This document shows, one piece after another, positions 1 to 7,390 of a stretch of 32,000 nucleotides of DNA. Both the position numbers and the translations under genes were made by a program. The notes beneath the pieces were generated by a model. It was not told the DNA's origin. It saw only the letters and a list, made by a program, of their open reading frames with translations, and ran no database searches. Positions within the stretch are counted from its first letter, which is position 1, and every line of letters begins with the position of its first letter. The stretch covers positions 441,301 to 473,300 of the forward strand of contig CAVYCN010000004.1 in assembly GCA_963767005.1 (NCBI GenBank), given 5' to 3'. Origin of the DNA: an uncultured Actinomycetes bacterium. GTDB taxonomy: Bacteria; Actinomycetota; Thermoleophilia; UBA2241.

Positions 1-1281
1 ATCACGTACTGGAACATCTTCATCTCGACCTGGATCGCGAGCCCGGCGCTGGCCATCCTCGGCCAGTACATGGGCTGGACGGGCCTGAGCAACTTCGTCG
101 CCAGCAAGGGCGGCATCGTGACGCTGACGACCGCCTGCTTTGCGATGTCGTTCGTGGCGGTCGTCTTCGGCATCAACGTCTTCCGCAAGATCCAGCGGCC
201 GTTCATCGCGGTCGGCATCGGCGGTCCCATCGTGCTTGCCATTGCGCTCTCGCTGTGCTCCAAGGCGAGCTTCATCGCGCACTGGAACGCGGCCGCCGTC
301 AAGTACCACTCCTTGAACTACAACGCCTTCGTCACCGCGGTCGGCACCGCCGCCGGCCACGCCATGCCCCGCACCTGGAACTGGGGCGACACGCTCGGCG
401 TCACGAGCGGCGTGTTCTTCCTGTTCATCTACGCGTACGCGCTCGTCTACCTGAGCGGCGAGGTCAAGCGCCCCGACAAGACCGTCCTCAAGGCGAGCTG
501 GATGGCTGTGCTCGTGCCGGCCATCATCGGCTTCTGGACGTTCTTCGCGCTCTACCACATCGCCGACTTCCGCTTCATCAGCGCGTCGGCCTACAACGAC
601 CTGTTCGGCGGCGTGAAGGGCTACAACTTCCCGTTCTCGACGAGCTACATGACGCTGTCGTGGCTGGCCTCGGGGCGCAGCTGGCTGATCGCGATCATCG
701 CCTCATTTACCTTCCTGCTCACGAGCTACTGGCTGATCACGGTCGACCTCATGCTCGTGCCGCGCGCCATGTTCGCCTGGGGCATGGACCGCATGGGCCC
801 CAAGTGGTTTACGGACATCAGCCCGCGCTGGGCCTCTCCGGTCAAGCTCTACGCGCTCATCACCGTCATCCAGATCGTGCTCACGGCAGCCTACGTGCTC
901 TGGTTCTCGAGCGAACTCACCGGACTCGTGGCCGGCGGCCTGCAGCTCGTCTCGGTATTCTTGATAACCGGCATCTCGGGCCTGCTGTTCGCCTATCGCA
1001 AGAAGGTCAGGCACATCTGGGACTCGTCGCCCTACAAGGGCTGGCGGATCGCCGGCGTGCCGATCATCACGCTGGCCTCGATCGTCTACGTCTGCTACAT
1101 CGTGGCGCTGCTCTACTTCGCCTTCTTCGACTCGAAGACGAAGGACATCACGGGCAAGAAGGCGATCATCTTCGTGATCGTGTGGGCGGTCGGCATCGCC
1201 TGGTACTACTTCTGGAAGCGGCGCAGCGCGAAGGTCGGCGTCGATGTGGCGCTGACCTACGGCGAGCTGCCGCCTGAGTGA
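1..1281 (+). CDS. APC-family amino acid/polyamine permease, C-terminal part (gene begins before the window)
   Basis: Frame is open from base 1 (ITYWNIFISTWIASPALAILGQYMGWTGL...) to TGA at 1279-1281; many hydrophobic segments, LVPRAMFAWGMDRMGPKWFTDISPRWASPVKLYAL is typical of APC permeases. Confidence 0.85.
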   Translation: MTYWNIFISTWIASPALAILGQYMGWTGLSNFVASKGGIVTLTTACFAMSFVAVVFGINVFRKIQRPFIAVGIGGPIVLAIALSLCSKASFIAHWNAAAVKYHSLNYNAFVTAVGTAAGHAMPRTWNWGDTLGVTSGVFFLFIYAYALVYLSGEVKRPDKTVLKASWMAVLVPAIIGFWTFFALYHIADFRFISASAYNDLFGGVKGYNFPFSTSYMTLSWLASGRSWLIAIIASFTFLLTSYWLITVDLMLVPRAMFAWGMDRMGPKWFTDISPRWASPVKLYALITVIQIVLTAAYVLWFSSELTGLVAGGLQLVSVFLITGISGLLFAYRKKVRHIWDSSPYKGWRIAGVPIITLASIVYVCYIVALLYFAFFDSKTKDITGKKAIIFVIVWAVGIAWYYFWKRRSAKVGVDVALTYGELPPE

Positions 1282-1288
1282 CGCTGCC

Positions 1289-1353
1289 GGCCCGTCGCTT
1301 GTGACGGGCCTGCGCGGGCCGGCCGAAGACTGCCGTCTTCGGCCGGCCCGCGC
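1289..1353. terminator. Tandem intergenic hairpins: 8-bp stem (1289-1296/1303-1310) followed by a perfect 19-bp stem (1312-1330/1335-1353, loop TGCC)
   Basis: GGCCCGTC-GCTTGT-GACGGGCC then GCGCGGGCCGGCCGAAGAC-TGCC-GTCTTCGGCCGGCCCGCGC, 8 nt after the permease stop; no clear T tract. Confidence 0.6.
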
Positions 1354-1465
1354 TCCCGCCTTGCGGCGCGTGAGCGCGGCGGTTGCGACCGTCCACGTAC
1401 GGGGGCGGTGATCGGCCGGCGCCGGAAGGGTGCGACCAGTGTGAAGCCCGAAGAGGAGGCCTGCC

Positions 1466-2794
1466 TTGAGCGTTGACCTACGCCTGCAGTCCGGCGCGGA
1501 GGAGCGCGTCGTCGAAGCCGTGCGGGAGGGCGCGGACGAGCTCGTCGGCATCGTCGCCGACCTGGTCGCCTTCGACACCACGGCCCGGCTCCCCGGCGAG
1601 CCGGCGCGCGAGGAGCGGGCGCTGCAGGAGTACCTGCGCGGCGTCCTGGTCGAGCTCGGCGCCGAGGCCGACGTGTGGGAGCCCGAGCCGGTGCCGGCGG
1701 GGCATCCGGTCCTGCCCAACGGCCTCGACTTTCGCGGGCGGCCGCAGCTTGCCGCGCACCTGTCCGGAGCGGGCGGCGGTCGCAGCCTGCTGCTGAACGG
1801 CCACATCGACGCCGTGTCGGCCGAGCCCGTGGCGCAGTGGGCGAGCGACCCCTTCACGGCGCGGGTGCGCGACGGCGTGCTCTACGGCCGCGGCACCTGC
1901 GACATGAAGGGCGGGATCGCCGACCAGCTCTTCGCCCTGATCGTCCTGCGCCGGCTCGGCGTCAGGCTGGCCGGGGACGCCGTCTTCTGCACGAACACCG
2001 ACGAGGAATCGAGCGGGGCCGGGTCGTACGCCTGCGTCGAGCACGGCGTGCGCGCCGATGCCGGTGTCAGCGGCGAGCCGACCGCCTTCGACGCCTGGGT
2101 CGCCTGCCGCGGGGCCGTGAACGCGACGATCACGGTCGAGGGGCGTCCCGGTCACGCCGAGGTGCGCCAGCCCGACTGGCGCCTGGGCGGGGCGGTCAAC
2201 GCGATCGACAAGATGGCGCTCGTCCTGCAGGGCATCCACACGCTGCGCGAAGACTGGCGGACGCGTGGCGACCACGCTCACCCGTTGCTCAGCCCCGGCG
2301 ACATCGTGCCGACCATCGTACGGGGCGGCGAGTGGATCGTGACCTTCCCCTCGTCGTGCGAGCTCACCCTCGACCTGCAGTACCTGCCCGGCCAGGTCGG
2401 CGCCGACGGCACGGGCAGGGATGTCTTCCGCGAGGTCGAGACGTTCGTGAACTCGGCGGCGGCGTCGGACCCCTGGCTCGCCGCGCACCCGCCGCGCTGG
2501 GAGTGGCCCTGCGACATCATCCCGGCCGAGATCCCGACCGACCACCCCATCGTGCTCGCCGCGCTCCAGGCGGGGGCCGACCTGGGCCGTGCCGGCGTGG
2601 CGGGGGGCATGGACTCCTGGCACGATCCCGCCGTCTTCATCCGCCGCGGCGGCATCCCCACGATCTCGTTCGGCCCGGGCGGTTTCGACGTGGCTCACAG
2701 GATCGACGAGTGTGTGCCGGTGGCCGACCTGGTCGACCACGCCAGCGCCGTGGCGTTGCTCCTCATGCGGTGGTGCGGGGTAGCGGGCGGCTGA
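1466..2794 (+). CDS. M20-family metallopeptidase / ArgE-DapE-type deacylase
   Basis: LLLNGHIDAVSAEP, GRGTCDMKGGIADQLFAL, TNTDEESSGAGS and a C-terminal GPGGFDVAHRIDECVPVADL are M20 signatures; TTG start with GAGGAGG upstream. Confidence 0.9.
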   Translation: MSVDLRLQSGAEERVVEAVREGADELVGIVADLVAFDTTARLPGEPAREERALQEYLRGVLVELGAEADVWEPEPVPAGHPVLPNGLDFRGRPQLAAHLSGAGGGRSLLLNGHIDAVSAEPVAQWASDPFTARVRDGVLYGRGTCDMKGGIADQLFALIVLRRLGVRLAGDAVFCTNTDEESSGAGSYACVEHGVRADAGVSGEPTAFDAWVACRGAVNATITVEGRPGHAEVRQPDWRLGGAVNAIDKMALVLQGIHTLREDWRTRGDHAHPLLSPGDIVPTIVRGGEWIVTFPSSCELTLDLQYLPGQVGADGTGRDVFREVETFVNSAAASDPWLAAHPPRWEWPCDIIPAEIPTDHPIVLAALQAGADLGRAGVAGGMDSWHDPAVFIRRGGIPTISFGPGGFDVAHRIDECVPVADLVDHASAVALLLMRWCGVAGG

Positions 2795-2885
2795 GGCGGG
2801 CAGGTGTCGGGTGGCTGAGCGGCAAGTCGCGGGCGGTCGAGGCGGGCCGGGGCCGCGTGGCGCGCCTGCCCGCGCGTCGTCACGT

Positions 2886-3680
2886 CTACCGGTGTGTCAC
2901 GAGGAAGGTCTCGTCGTCATAGAGGATCGCCGACGGGCGCGCCCCAGGCGGCGATGACGTCACGGTCCGGGTCAGGTGCCAGTGGCTCAGGGGACGGCCG
3001 TTGACCCGGCAGTCCATGAAGCGGACGGGCCCGAGCGACGCGACGCCGTGGCCGTCGTCGCGTGTCTCGACGATGATCTCGGCGCTCGCGCAGGCCGCGG
3101 CCGGCGCCCGCCGGTCGCGACGTACCCGGCCCAGTTGGTCGAGACGCGGACGGTCGGCTTGGGCGTGGAGAGGGCACCTGCGGTCGTACCGGTGCGCGAG
3201 GTCGCCCCGCCGATCGAAGGCGTGTGGAGCCTGAAGACGCCCGCCACGAGCAGGATCGCGACGACCAGTGCGACGATGCTCAGAGCAGCGGCGATGGAGC
3301 GACCGCGGCCTGCGCTGAGTCGGCGGCCTTGTGGCGCGCCGGTGGGACCGGGGGCCGTCAGAGCGAGCTCTGGGTCGGAGGCGGACGGGGCGAGCTCCCG
3401 GGCGGTGGTGAGCTCCCGCTCGGCAGAGAGCTCGCGCGCCGCGGCCTGCTCGACCAGGGAGTACGTGTCGGGCGACGCCCAGAGCAGGAACCCCTGCCGG
3501 CCATACTCCTGCACCGCCCGGGCTTCGAGCCGCCCGTCCTGCTCGAGGGTGAACACGGCGCCGTCGTAGGTGATCGTGCGGCCGTCCCACTTGGTGATGG
3601 GACTGAAGGTGGCGATCAGCCAGCGCGCCGGCGGATGCGAACCGCACTCGTGCTGCCGGTCTTCTGGATCCAAGGTCCCC
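2886..3680 (-). pseudogene. Decayed membrane-anchored peptidase G1 (eqolisin-like) gene: internal deletion plus frameshift; 5' boundary uncertain
   Basis: One minus frame (in ORF 2987..3847) reads ...ITKWDGRTITYDGAVFTLEQDGR...TM...VSTNWAGYVATG; a second frame (ORF 2886..3647) supplies SAEIIVETRDDGHGVASLGPVRFMDC...*. These resemble the N-terminal SNWAGY and the C-terminal AEWIVE parts of G1 peptidases, with the middle missing. Confidence 0.6.
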
Positions 3681-3728
3681 CCAGGTCCTGGACGCCGCGG
3701 CGTGCGTTGGCGGCGGCGAGCTCGCAGG

Positions 3729-5111
3729 TCAGGCGTGAGCGTAGGCGCTGCCGCCGGTCGGCCTGACCGCCTTGGCCCGCTCGCGGTCGAGCGACAGGAA
3801 CGCCTCGACGCAGTGAGCGTCGAACTGCGTCCCGGCGCCGTTCGCAAGCTCGGCGATGGCGACCTCGTGCGAGAGCGCCGCGCGGTACGGACGGTCCGAC
3901 GTCATGGCGTCGTAGACGTCGGCCACCGCGATGATGCGGGAACCGAGTGGGATGTCCTCACCCGAGAGCCCCTCGGGATAGCCGGTGCCGTCCCAGCGCT
4001 CGTGGTGGTGCATGATGATGTCGGCGCCGGCGCCGAACAGGTTGAACTGCCCGGCCAAGGCCGCACCGGCCGCCGGGTGCTTGTTGATCTGGCGCCGCTC
4101 CTCCTCGGTCAGCTTGCCTTCCTTGAAGAGGATGCGGTTGTCGATCGAGATCTTGCCGAGGTCGTGGATATGCGCCGCTGAGACGACCAACTCGACCATG
4201 TTGCTCGGCAGACCGAGCGCAACCGCAATGCGCTCTGCGTGGTCGGCGACTCGCTTGGAGTGCTCGTAGGTGTACCGGTCGCGCTTGTCGAGGGTGTCGG
4301 CGAGCAGGACAAGGGCCTTCTCGGTGTCCGTCTTCAAGTGTGCGTAGAGCACGAAGCCCTTATACAGGACCCATATCAGCAGCGGGAAGTACAAGAGCGT
4401 CCACGGACTCTGTGCGTATGCGTTCGCGACGACGGCGCCGAGTGGGGCCATCGCCAGATAGAAGACTCCGCCCTCTCGCATCGACAGCAGCCAGCAGCGC
4501 CAGAAGGGCCGTCCGTGCAGGGCGAATACTCCACTCACCAGCATCCCGTTGACTGAGATGAAGACAAGTGCCGCGACGGCGTAGGCTGCGGCGTTCGACG
4601 TTAGACTCACGCTCGGGACAGCTCGCAAGGCTAGGAAGCTCAACCCGGCAAGTCCGCCGATTAGCGTCGACTGGCCACATTCGAAGGCCACCTTCAGCGC
4701 GCCTTTGCGGCGGAGAACTCCCTCCCCGACGAGCGCCCCGATGCACGCCGCCAAGGCACCAAAGGCCGGGCCGAAGAGCACGGCAGCCGCAAACGTGGGC
4801 GTGAAACACAGGGAGATCGCACCGTGATCGGACATGTGGACCGTCCACGAATCGCTCAACGCGATGACTCCCGCGAACAAGGCGAGCGCCGCCCATTGGT
4901 GCTTCGGAAGTGTCGAGAGTGTCGCGAGGACCAGCGTCAGTGCAGCTACGTCGACCGCCGCGACGTAGGCGGGTATCCGGCGTGCTCGTCGACCTATGGT
5001 AGGGAAGTTAGGACGCCGCTCAGCGCCTTCGCTGCGAGCATCTATCGCGGCTGACCGCGTCCTTGGCGACCAGAGCGTCATCATTGGTGCAGTGTCTCCT
5101 GTGCCCGACAC
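3729..5111 (-). CDS. Membrane-associated HD-GYP domain phosphodiesterase/phosphohydrolase; exact start uncertain
   Basis: HSKRVADHAERIA, AAHIHDLGKISIDNRILFKEGKLTEEER, HHERWDGTGYPEGLSGEDIPLGSRIIAVADVYDAMTSDRPYR; N-terminal multi-TM region. Confidence 0.93.
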   Translation of the reverse strand: MSGTGDTAPMMTLWSPRTRSAAIDARSEGAERRPNFPTIGRRARRIPAYVAAVDVAALTLVLATLSTLPKHQWAALALFAGVIALSDSWTVHMSDHGAISLCFTPTFAAAVLFGPAFGALAACIGALVGEGVLRRKGALKVAFECGQSTLIGGLAGLSFLALRAVPSVSLTSNAAAYAVAALVFISVNGMLVSGVFALHGRPFWRCWLLSMREGGVFYLAMAPLGAVVANAYAQSPWTLLYFPLLIWVLYKGFVLYAHLKTDTEKALVLLADTLDKRDRYTYEHSKRVADHAERIAVALGLPSNMVELVVSAAHIHDLGKISIDNRILFKEGKLTEEERRQINKHPAAGAALAGQFNLFGAGADIIMHHHERWDGTGYPEGLSGEDIPLGSRIIAVADVYDAMTSDRPYRAALSHEVAIAELANGAGTQFDAHCVEAFLSLDRERAKAVRPTGGSAYAHA

Positions 5112-5220
5112 CGGCCGCGAACGGCCCGACTCATGGGTGCACGGTGCACGCCCGCCGGTACTTCATTCTCGGTCAGACGTGCGGTTCCCTTGAGTTGACC
5201 ACGGCAGATTGTGCCGCCCC

Positions 5221-5247
5221 GGTCCCGCGGGGACCTTCCCCTATAAT
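5221..5247 (+). promoter_or_regulatory. Putative promoter/operator of the radical SAM cassette: inverted repeat GGTCCC-GCG-GGGACC (5221-5235) followed by a perfect -10 TATAAT (5242-5247)
   Basis: Direct sequence; 26 nt between the TATAAT and the GTG start at 5274. The repeat sits near the -35 region. Confidence 0.5.
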
Positions 5248-5273
5248 GCGGCGAAGCGACTCGAGGGGGCCAG

Positions 5274-6863
5274 GTGAGCGAAGAATCCGCGGACAGGGTT
5301 GAGTACCACAGCGTGAAGGCTTTCGCTCGCGAGGAGCCCCGAATTGAGCTCATCGAGACCATGCTCAGGTCGGTTCTCGCGGCGGTTGACCTTGAGTATC
5401 AGGGCAAGCCCGTGCGGATCGACGGCTTTCGACTCCGCGACGCCGAGGATTGGCGCACGGTGCGCGAGACGTCGCTCCAACAAAACCTCGGCTCGTTCTC
5501 CACGGCCTGCAATTGCCACTGCGAATTCTGCTATGAGGACGGGAACCCAGAAGGCCTGTTCGTCAGGGAGCCCCGCTTCGTGAGCCTTGCTGAGGCCAAG
5601 ACGCGGTCGCGGCACGTACACGACGGCCAAGGGATGATGCGCGAGACAAAGTGCTTCTTCGAGCCCTTGGCCAATCCGCAGTTCCTCTCCCTGCTCGAGG
5701 TCGTTCGTGAGCGCCATCCCGACCAGGTGATTGACGTCACGACGAACGGGAGTCTGCTCACGAGCGACGTTGTCGCTCGCCTTGCGGACCTCAAGCCCGT
5801 CTACGTGAACCTTTCGCTGATTTCCGCGAACGGACCGGTTCGTCGGCGCATCATGCGGGACCGCAGGGCACAAACTGCCATCGACGCAATTCGGCACCTT
5901 CGAGCCCGCGAGGTCCCCTTCATGGGGACGCTCGTGCCTCTGCCCGATCAGGGGCTCCAGGATGTCACCGAAACGCTGGAGTACCTCGACGCATACGACG
6001 CCCGACTGGTGCGCGTGGCTCCCCCCGGGCTGAGCCGCTACCATCCAAGCTACAGGCCCGGGATCTTCGAGACGTGGGTGCCCGACCTCGTTGAGCATCT
6101 CTTAGCTGAGCGCCAGCGTCTCGCGACCCCTGTGATCGTCAGCCCCTTCGGCTTCGCCTCGGTGTCGATCGAGCCCATAGTCGAGGGGGTTATTCGCAGC
6201 TCCCCTGCGGCGAGCGCAGGAGTGCGCCTAGGGGACAAGGTGACTGTCGTCGACGGCACCAAGGTCGTGTCGCGCTCGCACGCTGCCAGCCTGCTGCGGC
6301 GGGCAATGAGAGTAGGAGTCGTCGACGTCGAGATCGCGCGCGGCTCGAAAACCAGACGTTTGCACCTGCAAGAGCCCGCCTTCGACGCTGACGCATACCC
6401 GCACAAGCCACGCGGCTACAAGCCGCTCGATTTTGCCGGCATGAGCTTCGGGTTGGTCCTGCCCGGTTCGTTCAAACTGCAATACGTCAAGCAGATACAC
6501 AGCAAGATTCAGGAGCGCAGCGCGAGGCACACGTTGATCGTGGCCTCGTCGTTCTATCGAGAGCTCGTTGAGAACCTGGTTCGCGACTTGCCGCTGCCCG
6601 ACGGTTCCTCGCTTGCCTTGGTCGTGCCGACCAACGGCTATTTCGGCGGGACCGTAAATGTCGGCGACCTGTGGGTGCTCGACGACATCGGTGACGCCGT
6701 CCGGGCCTACGTGCGCTCCCATGGCAAGCCCGACCTGCTGCTAATCCCAAGCTCGTGCCTCTCGCGGTGGGGACGAGACTTGCGTGGCGTGGCATACACG
6801 GAGCTCGAGGCGAGCCTCGGCATCGACATCGCGCTCATCCATTGCGAGCGCATCATTCTGTGA
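5274..6863 (+). CDS. Radical SAM protein with internal PDZ-like domain and C-terminal DUF512-like domain
   Basis: CNCHCEFC (CX3CX2C cluster motif), VIDVTTNGSLLT; PDZ-like EGVIRSSPAASAGVRLGDKVTVVDGTKV; DUF512-like LALVVPTNGYFGGTVNVGDLWVLDDI and LLLIPSSCLSRWGRDLRGVAYTELEASLGIDI. GTG start with AGGGGG upstream. Confidence 0.85.
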   Translation: MSEESADRVEYHSVKAFAREEPRIELIETMLRSVLAAVDLEYQGKPVRIDGFRLRDAEDWRTVRETSLQQNLGSFSTACNCHCEFCYEDGNPEGLFVREPRFVSLAEAKTRSRHVHDGQGMMRETKCFFEPLANPQFLSLLEVVRERHPDQVIDVTTNGSLLTSDVVARLADLKPVYVNLSLISANGPVRRRIMRDRRAQTAIDAIRHLRAREVPFMGTLVPLPDQGLQDVTETLEYLDAYDARLVRVAPPGLSRYHPSYRPGIFETWVPDLVEHLLAERQRLATPVIVSPFGFASVSIEPIVEGVIRSSPAASAGVRLGDKVTVVDGTKVVSRSHAASLLRRAMRVGVVDVEIARGSKTRRLHLQEPAFDADAYPHKPRGYKPLDFAGMSFGLVLPGSFKLQYVKQIHSKIQERSARHTLIVASSFYRELVENLVRDLPLPDGSSLALVVPTNGYFGGTVNVGDLWVLDDIGDAVRAYVRSHGKPDLLLIPSSCLSRWGRDLRGVAYTELEASLGIDIALIHCERIIL

Positions 6864-6870
6864 GGTCATC

Positions 6871-7122
6871 ATGAACGAGATTGCCGGTGAAGCCGAGTAT
6901 GTCTGGCACTTCAAGCTGTCTGCAGACACGGGCGGGATCGGAGCCGGGGACGGCCTGACCGGGATGGTGAGAGAACAGCTCCAGGCGCTCCTGCGTTGCG
7001 TCATCCTCACCGATCACGGCGCGAACCTGAAGGTGACCGGCTTTCGCTTCCTCGACGAACCGGGCGTAGTGCACAGCCTCCACGCGAATTCCCAAGAGGC
7101 TCCCTCACACGAGGGCCATTGA
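6871..7122 (+). CDS. 83-aa small protein of unknown function, immediately downstream of the radical SAM gene
   Basis: ATG at 6871 with GAGG 5 nt upstream overlapping the previous stop codon; MNEIAGEAEYVWHFKLSADTGGIGAGDGLTGMVREQLQALLRCVILTDHGANLKVTGFRFLDEPGVVHSLHANSQEAPSHEGH. Confidence 0.6.
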   Translation: MNEIAGEAEYVWHFKLSADTGGIGAGDGLTGMVREQLQALLRCVILTDHGANLKVTGFRFLDEPGVVHSLHANSQEAPSHEGH

Positions 7123-7194
7123 CAGCTCGGGCAGGGAGTCTTAGGGTCCGACCGGGGTCAATCCGGCCAGTGGGAGCGTGAGATCGGAGGTCAC

Positions 7195-7308
7195 ATGAAC
7201 CAGGCGTTGGATGTCCTTGCGTTGGCCGACGTGGAAGAGGCCGACGAGATCGTCGACACGGTGATCGCCGATCCGCTGCAATTCAAATGGGACTCGCCAC
7301 TCGCCTAG
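7195..7308 (+). CDS. 37-aa peptide ORF absent from the supplied track: MNQALDVLALADVEEADEIVDTVIADPLQFKWDSPLA; candidate modified-peptide precursor or small accessory protein
   Basis: ATG at 7195, strong GGAGG at 7186-7190, TAG at 7306-7308; lies between the 83-aa gene and the terminator hairpin. Confidence 0.5.
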   Translation: MNQALDVLALADVEEADEIVDTVIADPLQFKWDSPLA

Positions 7309-7335
7309 CGAGCTAGCAGCCAAAACGCAAGCCTG

Positions 7336-7382
7336 AGGCGGCGGGCGGGAGGCGCAAAAGCGCCTCCCGCCCGCCGCCTTTC
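7336..7382. terminator. Intrinsic terminator, perfect 20-bp stem with AAAA loop and short T run, between convergent genes
   Basis: AGGCGGCGGGCGGGAGGCGC (7336-7355) - AAAA - GCGCCTCCCGCCCGCCGCCT (7360-7379) - TTC. Confidence 0.9.
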
Positions 7383-7390
7383 TCCATCCC

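Noticed and set aside
5137-5149. GTGCAC-G-GTGCAC repeated palindromes upstream of the radical SAM promoter
   Set aside because: Too short and GC-typical to claim as an operator without more copies.
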